Source of the DNA: Candidatus Limnocylindrales bacterium
GTDB taxonomy: Bacteria > Chloroflexota > Limnocylindria > Limnocylindrales > CSP1-4
Assembly: GCA_035540555.1 (NCBI GenBank)
Contig: DATLGJ010000020.1
Location: 58,759 to 122,758 of the forward strand
DNA: 64,000 nucleotides
Direction of reading: 5' to 3'
The notes beneath the pieces are model-generated. The model had not been told where the DNA came from, made no database searches, and saw nothing but the letters and a program-made list of their open reading frames with translations. Positions 1-9,431 of this stretch are shown here, one piece after another. Position 1 is the first letter of the stretch, and each line of letters begins with the position of its first letter. A program made the position numbers and the translations under genes.

Positions 1-3000
1 CACGATCGATCCACCTGATCCATACGACTGCACTCGAAGTTGATCGGTCGCCGTCGATTCACTGCGCACGGCGGTGGGATCACTGACGCTGTACGTGACC
101 GTGTGGGAGAGCGCATTGTTGCCAGTGTCCCGGGGATCTGTCACGCGGTTCAGCAAGCTGCCCGACGCGTAGCTGAACTTGTGGCAGCCAGATGCCTGGC
201 CGCTTGCCGCGCAGGCGGCGCTTCGTCTTGCGGGTATCACGGTGACAAGGTTGTTGGACGCGTCTCGGGCGAAGTCCGTGTAGCGCCCCGTCGCGCCGCT
301 CAGCGCTTCGGTGAAGCGCACGGACGAGGTCCCATAAGTAACCTGCAACTGCCTAGTCGCTGTGCCGCTCGCGAGCGGCTCGCCGTCAGAGGCCGCCCGA
401 ACCGTTGCCAAGCTGATGGTCTGCGCCGAATAGTCATAAGTCCACGTGAGTCGGGTCGAGTTCCCGCTTGGGTCAGTCGAGAGCGTCATGACACCGTCGC
501 GGTTGAAGAAGCGTCGCGCTCCACCACGCTCGGTGAGTTCGAAGTCGTCAGCAACGGTCGCCGCGTACGAGGCGCCAAGGTTGGTCAGGGAGCGAAGTTG
601 GGAGGTGTCGAACAGCGCGTAGTTCCCGTCGCGCGCGATCAGGCGGAGGCCGGTCAGGTGGACAGGATCCGCAATCGGCCCCGCCCCCGGTGTCTCGGAA
701 TTGCCTCCCTCGGCATCGTTGTAGTAGCCCAGTACCTGGCGTGCGTCGTCGAGCAGGTTGCGCGTAACGACCATCCACTCCGTTGGAGCAGTCGGTGAGA
801 TCTGCAGTTGATTGGTGTACGTTCCGGGCGCAAGTGCGGGGCCGGCATAGTAGGTGATGGTCGACGAGGCGTTAGTGCGCGCGTTCTTGACGTGGAATGC
901 GAAAGCGACATGGTCGCCGCCGACCTTCTTCCATGCCCATGAAACGAACGGATGAACGATCAGGTTGTCATTTCTGCAGGCCACACAGTTAGGACTCGCA
1001 GCTTCGGATGCGGGCAGCACCTTGATTGCGCCGGTGCCGGCGTGCCGATCGGTGGTGCTCAGCGACGAGTTACCGGCATTCGCCGTCCAAGCCAAGTTGG
1101 CGTCGTTGATGATGTCGGCCTTGGTCCCCTCGAAGCGGATGGCGTCGAACTGGAGATTTCCGCTCTCCGTAGTCCCCCAGAACTTCATCGCCGTGATGCT
1201 GAAGTTGTCGTTAACGGTTCCTATCGCCTGGCTGACGGCATCGGCTCGGATGTCCCGCCCTTGAATGTGGCGCCAACTTGTGATAGACCCGCCCAGCGCG
1301 ACCTTCTTGGTCACGCCGGAGATCGCAAAATCGGTGCCCAGCGTATATGCGAGCCAGGTACTTGCGCCCGTCGTCTCGTTGACGATCTGGAAGCCGATTG
1401 CGCCCCTCGTCGCGCTGCCGGTACGGATGACAGCGAATGATCCGAGCGGGTAGTGGTCAAGGTCAATCTTCGGAAAAGCACCCGTTGATGCGCCGGTCGC
1501 ATTGTTGGCGGCGATCTGGTACACGCGCCCTCCGCTGAAGGCGGTACCGCTCGCGATCAGTGACGCCGTGCCGCTCCATCCGGTGAGCCAGTTCTCGTCG
1601 AAGATCGTGTGGCGGACCCGCTCGAGACGAACGGGGGCTGCGCTGATCAGCTGGCCACTCGGTGCGGCCGCTACCAGGTATCGATTGCCGTCCGCGTCCA
1701 CATAGATGTAGTCAGCACCCTCGACGCCCGCGCCGGAGCGGAATCCTTCGTCGAAGTTGGTCCCCCATCCGCAAGCGCGGAGAATTCCGGTGCAATCGGT
1801 GCGGTTGGCGCTGTCGTAGTAGTAGGCCAGTGACAGCAGCCCTCCGCGATCGGAGAAGCCCACGCCCCCGGCCCCGTCAAAGCGCAGGTTGCGCGACCAC
1901 AGGTTTATACCGAGCGACGATCCGTCTGGCAGCTCGACGCTGCTCGTGTCGCCGATCGCGGTACCCCCGCCCGAGACAACCGACACGCCGAAGTCGGCTC
2001 GTTCGACGACCGAAGCCCCGACCCATCGGGTGTTCGAGTCGTCAAGGCTGTACTTCTTGCGAGCGTAATAGGCGCTTGGCTTGGCCCAGTCAGATCCCCA
2101 GAGGTTGGTCCCTCCCCTGACATGGACCAGGTCGAGGCGCAATCCGAACTGGCCAACGACGGGCGGGGCATCCACTGCGACGTTGAAGATGCTGCTCGTG
2201 GCACCTGAGTTGATCGCGGTCGGCAGGTTGACTACCTTCCAACTGGTGAATCCGGAGATGGCCAGCGGGCGGCCTGCCGCGTCAAGCCAACGGTACCCAA
2301 AGGCGTAGTAGTCGTTGGGGTTGGCTCCCGACAGATTGAACGTGAAGCCAGCGTCATTGCGCACACGCACCGGTAGTGATGTGCTCTTACCAGCGACCAT
2401 CGTCGTCGGAACGAAGTTGTCGCCAAGAGCGGGATCGAAGTCGATGCCCGCGGCGGGCACCACATAACTGACAGACAGACGCGGCCGCCGGTCCAGGTTG
2501 TCGGCCCTCTGACTCGCGTACCGAACTTCGTTCTGCGACTCGGTCTGCTGTCGCACGCGAATGCCGAAGTTGGGCTGCCAGCTGGCGCGACTGCGGGTAT
2601 ACCAGCTTCGGACCATGCTGGTCACGTCTTGGGTGAGATAGCCAGACGATGCGAACACCGTGACCGGAGTGGTAGCTGATCCGGACAGAACCGACGGCTG
2701 GTTGTTCCATGTCGCTTGCATGTTCCAGCCGCTGCTGACCTGTTCGAAGTAGACCTTCTGGGTTCCGTTGCCCCAGTTGTTGTTCTGGTAGAGCTGGAGC
2801 GACGCGTCGGTAACCTGAGCGCCGTCTTCCAGGGCGAGATTCGGGAAATAGAGGAGTCCGCGCATGACGCCATAGCTCCCGCCGTCGCCGCTATCGGCGT
2901 CGGTGCCGACCCGGATTCGGTTCCAACCGGTCTGCCAGCTGTTCGGCATGCCACTCAGGACGAAGTGGTCGAGAATGTCGCCTGCGGTGTAAACGCTGCT

Positions 3001-4296
3001 GCAGCCGGTGGGCGTACCCGTCTGCCCATACTGGAGGCAGATCGTCGGATCGAGCACGACCGGATACACGCGGGCCGGATCCGCCAGCCAAGCCGGATCG
3101 ATCGTGTAGGTCAGCACGATCTCGTCGGGCCCCAGGCGGCCATCGGTCAAGTCCGGCGCCGTCGGATCCGTCGGTGATGGGGACTCAGGCGCCGCGGTGT
3201 CGAGCGGAAGGTCTGTCGGCTCTGGCTCAGTCGGTTGGGTAGTCGCGTCAGCCGCCGGGGTCTCGACCGGCGCGGTCGCGTCCGGCGCAATCGTCGGCTC
3301 CGCCGGAAGCGTCGGACCGGGCAGGATGGGCGCCAGGGTCTCGACGGTAGGGGTGGCCAGGACCGGCGACGGGGTAGGCAGGGGCGGTCGCGGCGCTGGG
3401 TCGATGCGCGTACTCAGTGTGGTGGTAACCGCTGTCTCTGGGGCGAAGCTGTCTATCGCATCGATGGCCCATGGAGGACTGACCGTTCCGGCGATCTCGC
3501 CATCGGCGTTGCGTAGCAGCACGCCGCGACCGTCAGGCGCGACCTCGGCACGCAGACCACCGGTATCGAGGATGAACTGGTAACTGTTAGCCAAGCCGGG
3601 CTCAGCCAGCGTGACGGAAAAGGCCAGCCCTTCGGGAACCGGGATTAGCGAGACTTCGCCGCTGCCCGGGCGGGCCGGGATGCGGACTTGGTCTGGCAGG
3701 GTTATCGGAGCCAGCACACCCCGGTCGACTTGGCGTAGACGAAGGGTGCCATGAGGACTCCGTATCTCTGCGAGCCGGTCGGTGTTCCCCTTGGACGAGA
3801 GGCTCACTCCGACATCGTTGGCCCGTGTCCTTTTGCCGTACTCCCCGGCCTCGTCAGTCAGGCTCAGGTCGATGGGTTGCCACTTACCTTCGCTGTCCAG
3901 GTAGTTGATGCGACCCATAAAGAATTCGGCGGTGTGGGTTCCGTCGGGCCCCACGACTACCCTGCTGTAGGCGGTCCGAAGGGCTTCATCTTCTGTCGCT
4001 GCGCGCGGCAGAGCGTCTACGCTCCGCGGCGAGCGAAGCTCTGCCCCGAGACTTGGCAGGTACCCGCGTTCACCGCCGATGACTTCAATAGGCGCGGGCG
4101 AGCGCTCAAGGAACAAAGGCACCGAGTTCTCGATGGCGGGAACGCGGGGGTCCGAGGCCGCAGCATCATCGTCTTGAAGCACGGCTATCGCAGCCGGGAC
4201 GGGTGGGCCAAGCACTGAGAGAGCGAGGACGAGCGCCAGGAGACTGGACCGCGCTCGGCCATGGCGAGCGCGCTGACTCGGAAATTGGAAGTGCAT
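1..4296 (-). CDS. Large secreted RHS/YD-repeat (WapA-like) protein with DNRLRE-like domain; 3' part outside window
   Basis: Hand translation gives an open frame from ATG at 4296 (GGGAG upstream) to the window edge. Features: signal peptide (RARSSLLALVLALSVLG), INYLDSEGKWQPIDLSL, Pro/Thr linker, RVYPVVLDPT, ATWNNQP...RPRLSVSY, GWGTNFD, then YD-like repeats (TDPSGNSTRLTW, LLNRVTDPR). Missing from the ORF track because there is no stop in the window. Confidence 0.85.
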   Translation of the reverse strand, partial: MHFQFPSQRARHGRARSSLLALVLALSVLGPPVPAAIAVLQDDDAAASDPRVPAIENSVPLFLERSPAPIEVIGGERGYLPSLGAELRSPRSVDALPRAATEDEALRTAYSRVVVGPDGTHTAEFFMGRINYLDSEGKWQPIDLSLTDEAGEYGKRTRANDVGVSLSSKGNTDRLAEIRSPHGTLRLRQVDRGVLAPITLPDQVRIPARPGSGEVSLIPVPEGLAFSVTLAEPGLANSYQFILDTGGLRAEVAPDGRGVLLRNADGEIAGTVSPPWAIDAIDSFAPETAVTTTLSTRIDPAPRPPLPTPSPVLATPTVETLAPILPGPTLPAEPTIAPDATAPVETPAADATTQPTEPEPTDLPLDTAAPESPSPTDPTAPDLTDGRLGPDEIVLTYTIDPAWLADPARVYPVVLDPTICLQYGQTGTPTGCSSVYTAGDILDHFVLSGMPNSWQTGWNRIRVGTDADSGDGGSYGVMRGLLYFPNLALEDGAQVTDASLQLYQNNNWGNGTQKVYFEQVSSGWNMQATWNNQPSVLSGSATTPVTVFASSGYLTQDVTSMVRSWYTRSRASWQPNFGIRVRQQTESQNEVRYASQRADNLDRRPRLSVSYVVPAAGIDFDPALGDNFVPTTMVAGKSTSLPVRVRNDAGFTFNLSGANPNDYYAFGYRWLDAAGRPLAISGFTSWKVVNLPTAINSGATSSIFNVAVDAPPVVGQFGLRLDLVHVRGGTNLWGSDWAKPSAYYARKKYSLDDSNTRWVGASVVERADFGVSVVSGGGTAIGDTSSVELPDGSSLGINLWSRNLRFDGAGGVGFSDRGGLLSLAYYYDSANRTDCTGILRACGWGTNFDEGFRSGAGVEGADYIYVDADGNRYLVAAAPSGQLISAAPVRLERVRHTIFDENWLTGWSGTASLIASGTAFSGGRVYQIAANNATGASTGAFPKIDLDHYPLGSFAVIRTGSATRGAIGFQIVNETTGASTWLAYTLGTDFAISGVTKKVALGGSITSWRHIQGRDIRADAVSQAIGTVNDNFSITAMKFWGTTESGNLQFDAIRFEGTKADIINDANLAWTANAGNSSLSTTDRHAGTGAIKVLPASEAASPNCVACRNDNLIVHPFVSWAWKKVGGDHVAFAFHVKNARTNASSTITYYAGPALAPGTYTNQLQISPTAPTEWMVVTRNLLDDARQVLGYYNDAEGGNSETPGAGPIADPVHLTGLRLIARDGNYALFDTSQLRSLTNLGASYAATVADDFELTERGGARRFFNRDGVMTLSTDPSGNSTRLTWTYDYSAQTISLATVRAASDGEPLASGTATRQLQVTYGTSSVRFTEALSGATGRYTDFARDASNNLVTVIPARRSAACAASGQASGCHKFSYASGSLLNRVTDPRDTGNNALSHTVTYSVSDPTAVRSESTATDQLRVQSYGSGGSIV

Positions 4297-4599
4297 GTCG
4301 CTCCCTCGCACCTCGGCGCAGGCAGCACCGAGCCCCTAGCCCCCACGAATCAGCGTGCCGCCCCTCGGGCACGACGCGACGGTGGGGCCCCGCGCGGGCT
4401 GCCGCAAGCAGGGAGAACCCTATGTTCCGTCGGGGGTTTCGCCTTGAGCCCCGGCCGCTCGCGCGCTTGGGGCCGGCGTTCCTAGAAGCCTCTGGCTGCC
4501 GGCCGGCCTCTGGCGCAGTACCGCACCGGCGGCGGTTGCTCGGTTGGACTTCGCGCTCCGGCCCTGACCTGGCACCGCCTTCAACCGCCGGCCCCTACC

Positions 4600-4860
4600 T
4601 TATCGTTCAGGCGGCTCTTCGTTCGGATCCAACGCTGACAAGGGCACGCCGTACAACTTCGCGAGAAGGATAGCTTCGGCGAAGAGCAGCGACCGCCGGC
4701 CTGTTTCCAACTTGCCGATCCAGCTCTGCGGCTTGCCCACGCGCTGCGAGACCTGGACTTGGGTCAGGCCGGCCCGGCGGCGCAGTTGCGCCAGTCGGTC
4801 TGCGAGTGCCGTTCGGTCGGCAGCACTCTCAGGTGGCGGGCTGACCCGCGGCCGATTCAT
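4600..4860 (-). CDS. Xre-family HTH transcriptional regulator
   Basis: RLAQLRRRAGLTQVQVSQRVGKPQSWIGKLETGRR is a typical HTH_3 pattern. Confidence 0.85.
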   Translation of the reverse strand: MNRPRVSPPPESAADRTALADRLAQLRRRAGLTQVQVSQRVGKPQSWIGKLETGRRSLLFAEAILLAKLYGVPLSALDPNEEPPER

Positions 4861-5050
4861 GGCTCACATGGTGATGCCCACATCGAAGCGCCGCACCGCA
4901 CTTTGGCGCACACCGGGGGCCAGTCGCTCACTCGCCGACAACGGCGCGCGTCACCCCTCGTGTCCGCCTTGGAGCCCGCCCTTGACAGCGCCTGCGGCTC
5001 TAGGATAGCGTCGACCGCCGTTATCCCGAATCCGAATAGGAGGCGTCAAG

Positions 5051-6484
5051 GTGAGTGCCGACAAGTCACGGCCGGACGAGATAGATCAGCTCCTGGCCGA
5101 TGCGCTGTACCAGGGACCGAGCGTCACTGCCGACCAGCTGGTAGGTGTCGATGCCTGTCTGCGCCAACTGGCCGGTCAGCTGACGCTGCTTGAGCGACCC
5201 GAGCTAGGCGTGCGACTTGGCATCCAACCATCTGGTTCGCTGTTTCTCGGCCCGCCCGGCACGGGCAAGACATTGCTCGCGCGGTTTCTGGCCGGGCAAC
5301 TGGGCGTTCCTATGTACCAACTGAGCGCCGATCAGTTCGGCGATGATCCGGCTCAACTTCATCGCATCTTCGGGCGCCTGAGCCGCCAGCGCGCCGTTCT
5401 CTTCATCGACGAGATCTCCATCCTCTGCCAGCGTCGCGACTGGTCGAGCGCCGAGGAGAGGCGCATGCTCGCAGCCCTGCTGACCGAGCTTGATGGACTT
5501 TCCAGCCTTGCGGCAGGAGAGCGCCTTTGGGTCATCGGGGCGTGTACGCCCGATATCCACCTCGATCCTGCCATTCATCGCTCGGGTCGCCTGGGGGTAA
5601 CGGTCGAGTTCGCCCTGCCGTCGGTGGAACATCGAGCCCAGTTGCTGCGCCTGTATCTGGCGGCTGTTCCGAACGCGCTGTCGGAAGAGGACATTGCCAG
5701 GCTAGCCGAGATGTCAGGCGGGGTCAGCGGGGCCGATGTTCGTGACTACATCAACCAGGCGGCCAGCCTGGTCCTGGCTGAGGCGGTGGATGTGGCCGAT
5801 CCTGTCATCGAGTATCGACACCTCGAGATCGTCTTCGGCCGGCGTGGATTCGTTGCCGCCGAGGGCCGGCCGGGACGCGAGCCGGACTGGGAGACTGCGG
5901 TCCACGAGGCCGGCCATGCCGTCATCGCATATGTCCTGTTTGGCCGCCCTGCGCTTGCGCAAGTCACGATCGGCTTTGGCCCGGTCGGCCGGCGTCGTAT
6001 GCCGACGAGAGGCCACTTCTCCGTATCGGATGATTGGGCCGAGAAGAACCACCCGACGTCGCTCAGCTGGAGCGACCATGTAGCGGTCAAGCTCGCCGGG
6101 GTCTGTGCCGAGGAACTGATTCTCGGTTACCGCGGCTCGGGCGCCTCGAGCGACATCGCTGCTGCCACCTCGCTCATCCTCGACCAGTTCGATCAAGGCG
6201 ACCCCTCATTCGGCCCCTCCCGGACCGAGATGGAGGGCGGCCCGGGCGCACGCATCGGGGGGGCCGGCTCCGAAGCCATGCGCGCCACCGCGTGGCATCT
6301 GGTCCGATCGCGATTTGGAGAATGCTGGTCCCGAACAGGCAGCTTGGTGAGCGAGCACAGATATGCCATCGAGCGGCTGGCCTCCGCCTTGCTCGAGAGC
6401 AAGAGTCGCCTGACTGGCGACGAGATCGTCGAGGTGCTCGACACCGGCGTGGTCGCAACCGGCGCTTCTGGCGCGGCAGCGTAG
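5051..6484 (+). CDS. Soluble FtsH-like AAA+ ATPase / M41 Zn-metalloprotease without TM anchor
   Basis: Walker A GPPGTGKT, Walker B LFIDE, SRH-like DPAIHRSGRL, HEAGH Zn motif, GASSD third ligand; AGGAGG RBS. Confidence 0.85.
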   Translation: MSADKSRPDEIDQLLADALYQGPSVTADQLVGVDACLRQLAGQLTLLERPELGVRLGIQPSGSLFLGPPGTGKTLLARFLAGQLGVPMYQLSADQFGDDPAQLHRIFGRLSRQRAVLFIDEISILCQRRDWSSAEERRMLAALLTELDGLSSLAAGERLWVIGACTPDIHLDPAIHRSGRLGVTVEFALPSVEHRAQLLRLYLAAVPNALSEEDIARLAEMSGGVSGADVRDYINQAASLVLAEAVDVADPVIEYRHLEIVFGRRGFVAAEGRPGREPDWETAVHEAGHAVIAYVLFGRPALAQVTIGFGPVGRRRMPTRGHFSVSDDWAEKNHPTSLSWSDHVAVKLAGVCAEELILGYRGSGASSDIAAATSLILDQFDQGDPSFGPSRTEMEGGPGARIGGAGSEAMRATAWHLVRSRFGECWSRTGSLVSEHRYAIERLASALLESKSRLTGDEIVEVLDTGVVATGASGAAA

Positions 6485-6670
6485 GCTGCCGCGATCTCTC
6501 GCCGGCTCCACAGTCCTGTACCTGGAGAGGCGTCACGAGAGAGGCGCACAGCGAATCGCGAAAGGGGGTTGACTCCCCTAAAGACCTGCCTACAGAAGGC
6601 CCCGACGCCGTTGGATCGGTCGGGATCGACCCGCACCGCCAGCGGCTCGCAAGGCTTTAGGAGGTAGAGA

Positions 6671-9430
6671 TTGCTGACCGAGCGAGGCTTTGAGCTCTGG
6701 GGCGCGAGGCTGCAACTCGCGGACCCCGTGCGTCGGCTGATCGCTGACGTCCGGAGCGCTCCCCCAGCGCGCCGAGTCGGCAGCCGTCGGCGCAATGTCT
6801 CGGGCCGCTACCCAAGCCGCAAGATGGGGCTGACCATCCAGTTCGAGTCGCACACCAGTGAGTTGGTGGGCATCTACTCCTACGAACATGACTCGCGTGT
6901 GGTCGAGTACTACGACCAACCCGCCCTCAGCGCGAAGCTCAACTATGTGCGAGGAGACGGGCGACGCGTCAGCTACGCCGTAACGCCCGATTTCCTCGTT
7001 CTTGAGCGCGACGGCGCTTTCCTCGACGAGTGGAAGACGGAGACAGAGCTGGTCCGGCTTGCGGCCAAAGATCCCGCGTTGTACACCAAGGAGGATGGCG
7101 CTTGGCGCTCGCCTCCGCGAGAGGAGGCAACTGAGCGGCTAGGCCTCAGTTTCCGGCTGCGGACGCGCGACAGCGTCGGCGACATCCTCGACCGCAATCT
7201 GCGGTTTCTTGATGACTACTTGCGTGCCGCGGTTGAGCCGGACCCAGCGCTCGCAGCCGCACTGACCGAGGCGGTCAGCACGGATCCCGGGATCAGCGCC
7301 GGGGAACTGTTGAGCGCGCTCATGCGCGAGGGTGCCGCCGATTGTCTATACGCGCTCATCGCCGGTGGGCAGCTATTCGTAGATCTGGCGACACAGCCGC
7401 TGGCTGAGCCATTCCATGCCGCGGTCTATCCGAGTGCCGAGCTGGCCGCGTCCCTGAGGAGTCCGGAACAACCAATCGGCACGTTGGTGCAACTGACGTC
7501 CGGCACCAGGCTGGAATGGGATGGTCGGCCGTGGGACGTGGTAAACCCGGGACCCGAAGGCGTAAGCCTTCGCGATGCGGCCGGTCAGCTGGTCACCCTC
7601 GACAACCACGAGTTCCAGTCACGGCTGCAAAACGCCAGCATCCGAGAGCTACCGCATTCTCAGGCCGAGGCGCTGCCGCCGGAAGGCGCGGCGCTGCTGC
7701 GGGCAGCCAGTCCTAAAGACCTTGACCTGGCAAATCAACGCTATCGCCAGATCGTCAGTCCGAATGACGACGAGAGCGCTCTGTCACCGCGTTCGCTCGC
7801 GCGCCTGCGCAGAAGCTACCGCGAAGCGCAGTTGCGGTACGGGTGCGGCTTCATCGGGCTGCTGCCCCAGCCCAGAAAGGGCAACAAGACTCGGAAGCGC
7901 GAGGCCCAGGTACTAGGTGTGATCGAAGAGCAGATCAGCACGTTCTATAGAAGCAAAGACGCGCCGGGAAAGACCGCGCTCTACGGGCTGGTCGTGGAGC
8001 ATTGTCAGCGCCTCGGCTTGGAGCCGCCCTCGTACAAGACCGTCAGCAAGGCTCTGCACGCTCATGACGCTCATACCGTCCAAGGTGATCGAGAGGGCCA
8101 GAAGGTCGCCTACGGCAGCGAGCAGTTCTACTGGCACCTCGACGCGAGCACACCTCGCCATGGTGACCGGCCCTGGGAAATCGGCCACGCGGACCACACT
8201 AAGCTGGACATCGAGCTGGTCTGCTCAAAGACGGGCACAAACCTCGGTCGTCCATGGCTATCACTGCTCGTCGACGCTCACAGTCGCCGCGTCCTGGCCT
8301 TCTGGCTGACGTTTGACCCGCCGAGCTATCGCTCGCTGATGATGCTCGTGCGGCGCTGCGTTGCGCTACACAGCCGCCTGCCCGAGACCATCGTCGTTGA
8401 TGGCGGTGCAGAGTTCGGCAGCATCTACTTCGAAACCTTGCTGGCCGCTTTCGAGATCACCAAGAAGGTGCGCCCTGGCGCTCCGCGGTTCGGCTCGGTC
8501 TGCGAGCGCCTCTTTGGCATGGCCGACGAGCGCCTGATCCACAACCTGCGCGGGAATACCAAGCTCATGCGCAACGTGCGCACCGTCACCGCCGAGGTGA
8601 CCCCAAGCAAGCGGGCGGTATGGGATCTGTGGTCACTCGACAACGCGCTCGGCGAGTGGTTTCACGAGGTCTACGACGGCCTCGATCATCCCAGCCTTGG
8701 GCAGAGCCCTCGCGATACCTACAACGCGCGCATCGAGCTCAGCGGCACACGCCCGCAGCGCTGGGTCGCCGACGACGAAACCTTTCGCATGCTGACCCTT
8801 CCGAGCACCCAGAAGGGCACAGTCAAAGTAGATCCTTCCCGCGGCGTTAAGGTCAACTACATCAACTACTGGAACCCGCGCTTTCGCGATCCCGCTCTCG
8901 GGCGCCGCGACCTTCCTGTCCGCTATGACCCGATCGATGTCCGCCACGCATTCGTCTTCGCCGATGGCGACTGGATCGAGTGCGAGTCGCAAGAGCTGCG
9001 TTCGCTGCCCCAGATCTCGGAACGCGAGTTGCGCTTCGCCACCGCCGAATTACTCCAGCGCAGACGCAATGTCGAGCGCCGTCGACCGTTGACTGCTCGG
9101 GACATAGCGGTCTTCCTAAAGCAGCAGAAGGACAACGAGAACTTGCTCCTTTTGCGATTGCGCGACTTCGCGCAACGCGAGGTGTTGGCTCCGCACCGTG
9201 CCAATCAGCTTCTTGGGTGGGGCGCGCCAGCGCCGTTTGAAGCCGATGCCATGGCACCGCCGACGGCGCTGGAGGTGGTCGACCAGCCAGATGCAGCAGC
9301 GTCCTCAGAGCCGCCCGAGCAAGAGATATCGGCTTCCGTGGTGATCGCGGGGGAGACCAACGACCATCACGAGCCCCAAGACAGTCAGGCAGTGTTCGGT
9401 GAGTACACCCTCCTGATGGAGCTCAGCTGA
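6671..9430 (+). CDS. tnsAB: TnsA-TnsB fusion transposase
   Basis: N-terminal TnsA nuclease (FES...E, YYDQP, TPDFL, DEWK) fused to a Mu/rve DDE core (HADHT, VVDGGAEF, CERLF) and a Mu C-terminal domain (VRYDPIDV); AGGAGG RBS before TTG. Confidence 0.9.
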   Translation: MLTERGFELWGARLQLADPVRRLIADVRSAPPARRVGSRRRNVSGRYPSRKMGLTIQFESHTSELVGIYSYEHDSRVVEYYDQPALSAKLNYVRGDGRRVSYAVTPDFLVLERDGAFLDEWKTETELVRLAAKDPALYTKEDGAWRSPPREEATERLGLSFRLRTRDSVGDILDRNLRFLDDYLRAAVEPDPALAAALTEAVSTDPGISAGELLSALMREGAADCLYALIAGGQLFVDLATQPLAEPFHAAVYPSAELAASLRSPEQPIGTLVQLTSGTRLEWDGRPWDVVNPGPEGVSLRDAAGQLVTLDNHEFQSRLQNASIRELPHSQAEALPPEGAALLRAASPKDLDLANQRYRQIVSPNDDESALSPRSLARLRRSYREAQLRYGCGFIGLLPQPRKGNKTRKREAQVLGVIEEQISTFYRSKDAPGKTALYGLVVEHCQRLGLEPPSYKTVSKALHAHDAHTVQGDREGQKVAYGSEQFYWHLDASTPRHGDRPWEIGHADHTKLDIELVCSKTGTNLGRPWLSLLVDAHSRRVLAFWLTFDPPSYRSLMMLVRRCVALHSRLPETIVVDGGAEFGSIYFETLLAAFEITKKVRPGAPRFGSVCERLFGMADERLIHNLRGNTKLMRNVRTVTAEVTPSKRAVWDLWSLDNALGEWFHEVYDGLDHPSLGQSPRDTYNARIELSGTRPQRWVADDETFRMLTLPSTQKGTVKVDPSRGVKVNYINYWNPRFRDPALGRRDLPVRYDPIDVRHAFVFADGDWIECESQELRSLPQISERELRFATAELLQRRRNVERRRPLTARDIAVFLKQQKDNENLLLLRLRDFAQREVLAPHRANQLLGWGAPAPFEADAMAPPTALEVVDQPDAAASSEPPEQEISASVVIAGETNDHHEPQDSQAVFGEYTLLMELS

Positions 9431-9431
9431 C

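Noticed and set aside
40-4218. Short ORFs listed in the track over 40-4218
   Set aside because: Shadows of the long minus-strand RHS frame
4297-4599. Riboswitch or second transposon end upstream of the RHS gene
   Set aside because: GC-rich stems, but no recognisable riboswitch consensus and no TGGAAGCAT-type sites found
4982-5006. TTGACA...TAGGAT promoter for the FtsH-like gene
   Set aside because: Spacer is only 13 nt
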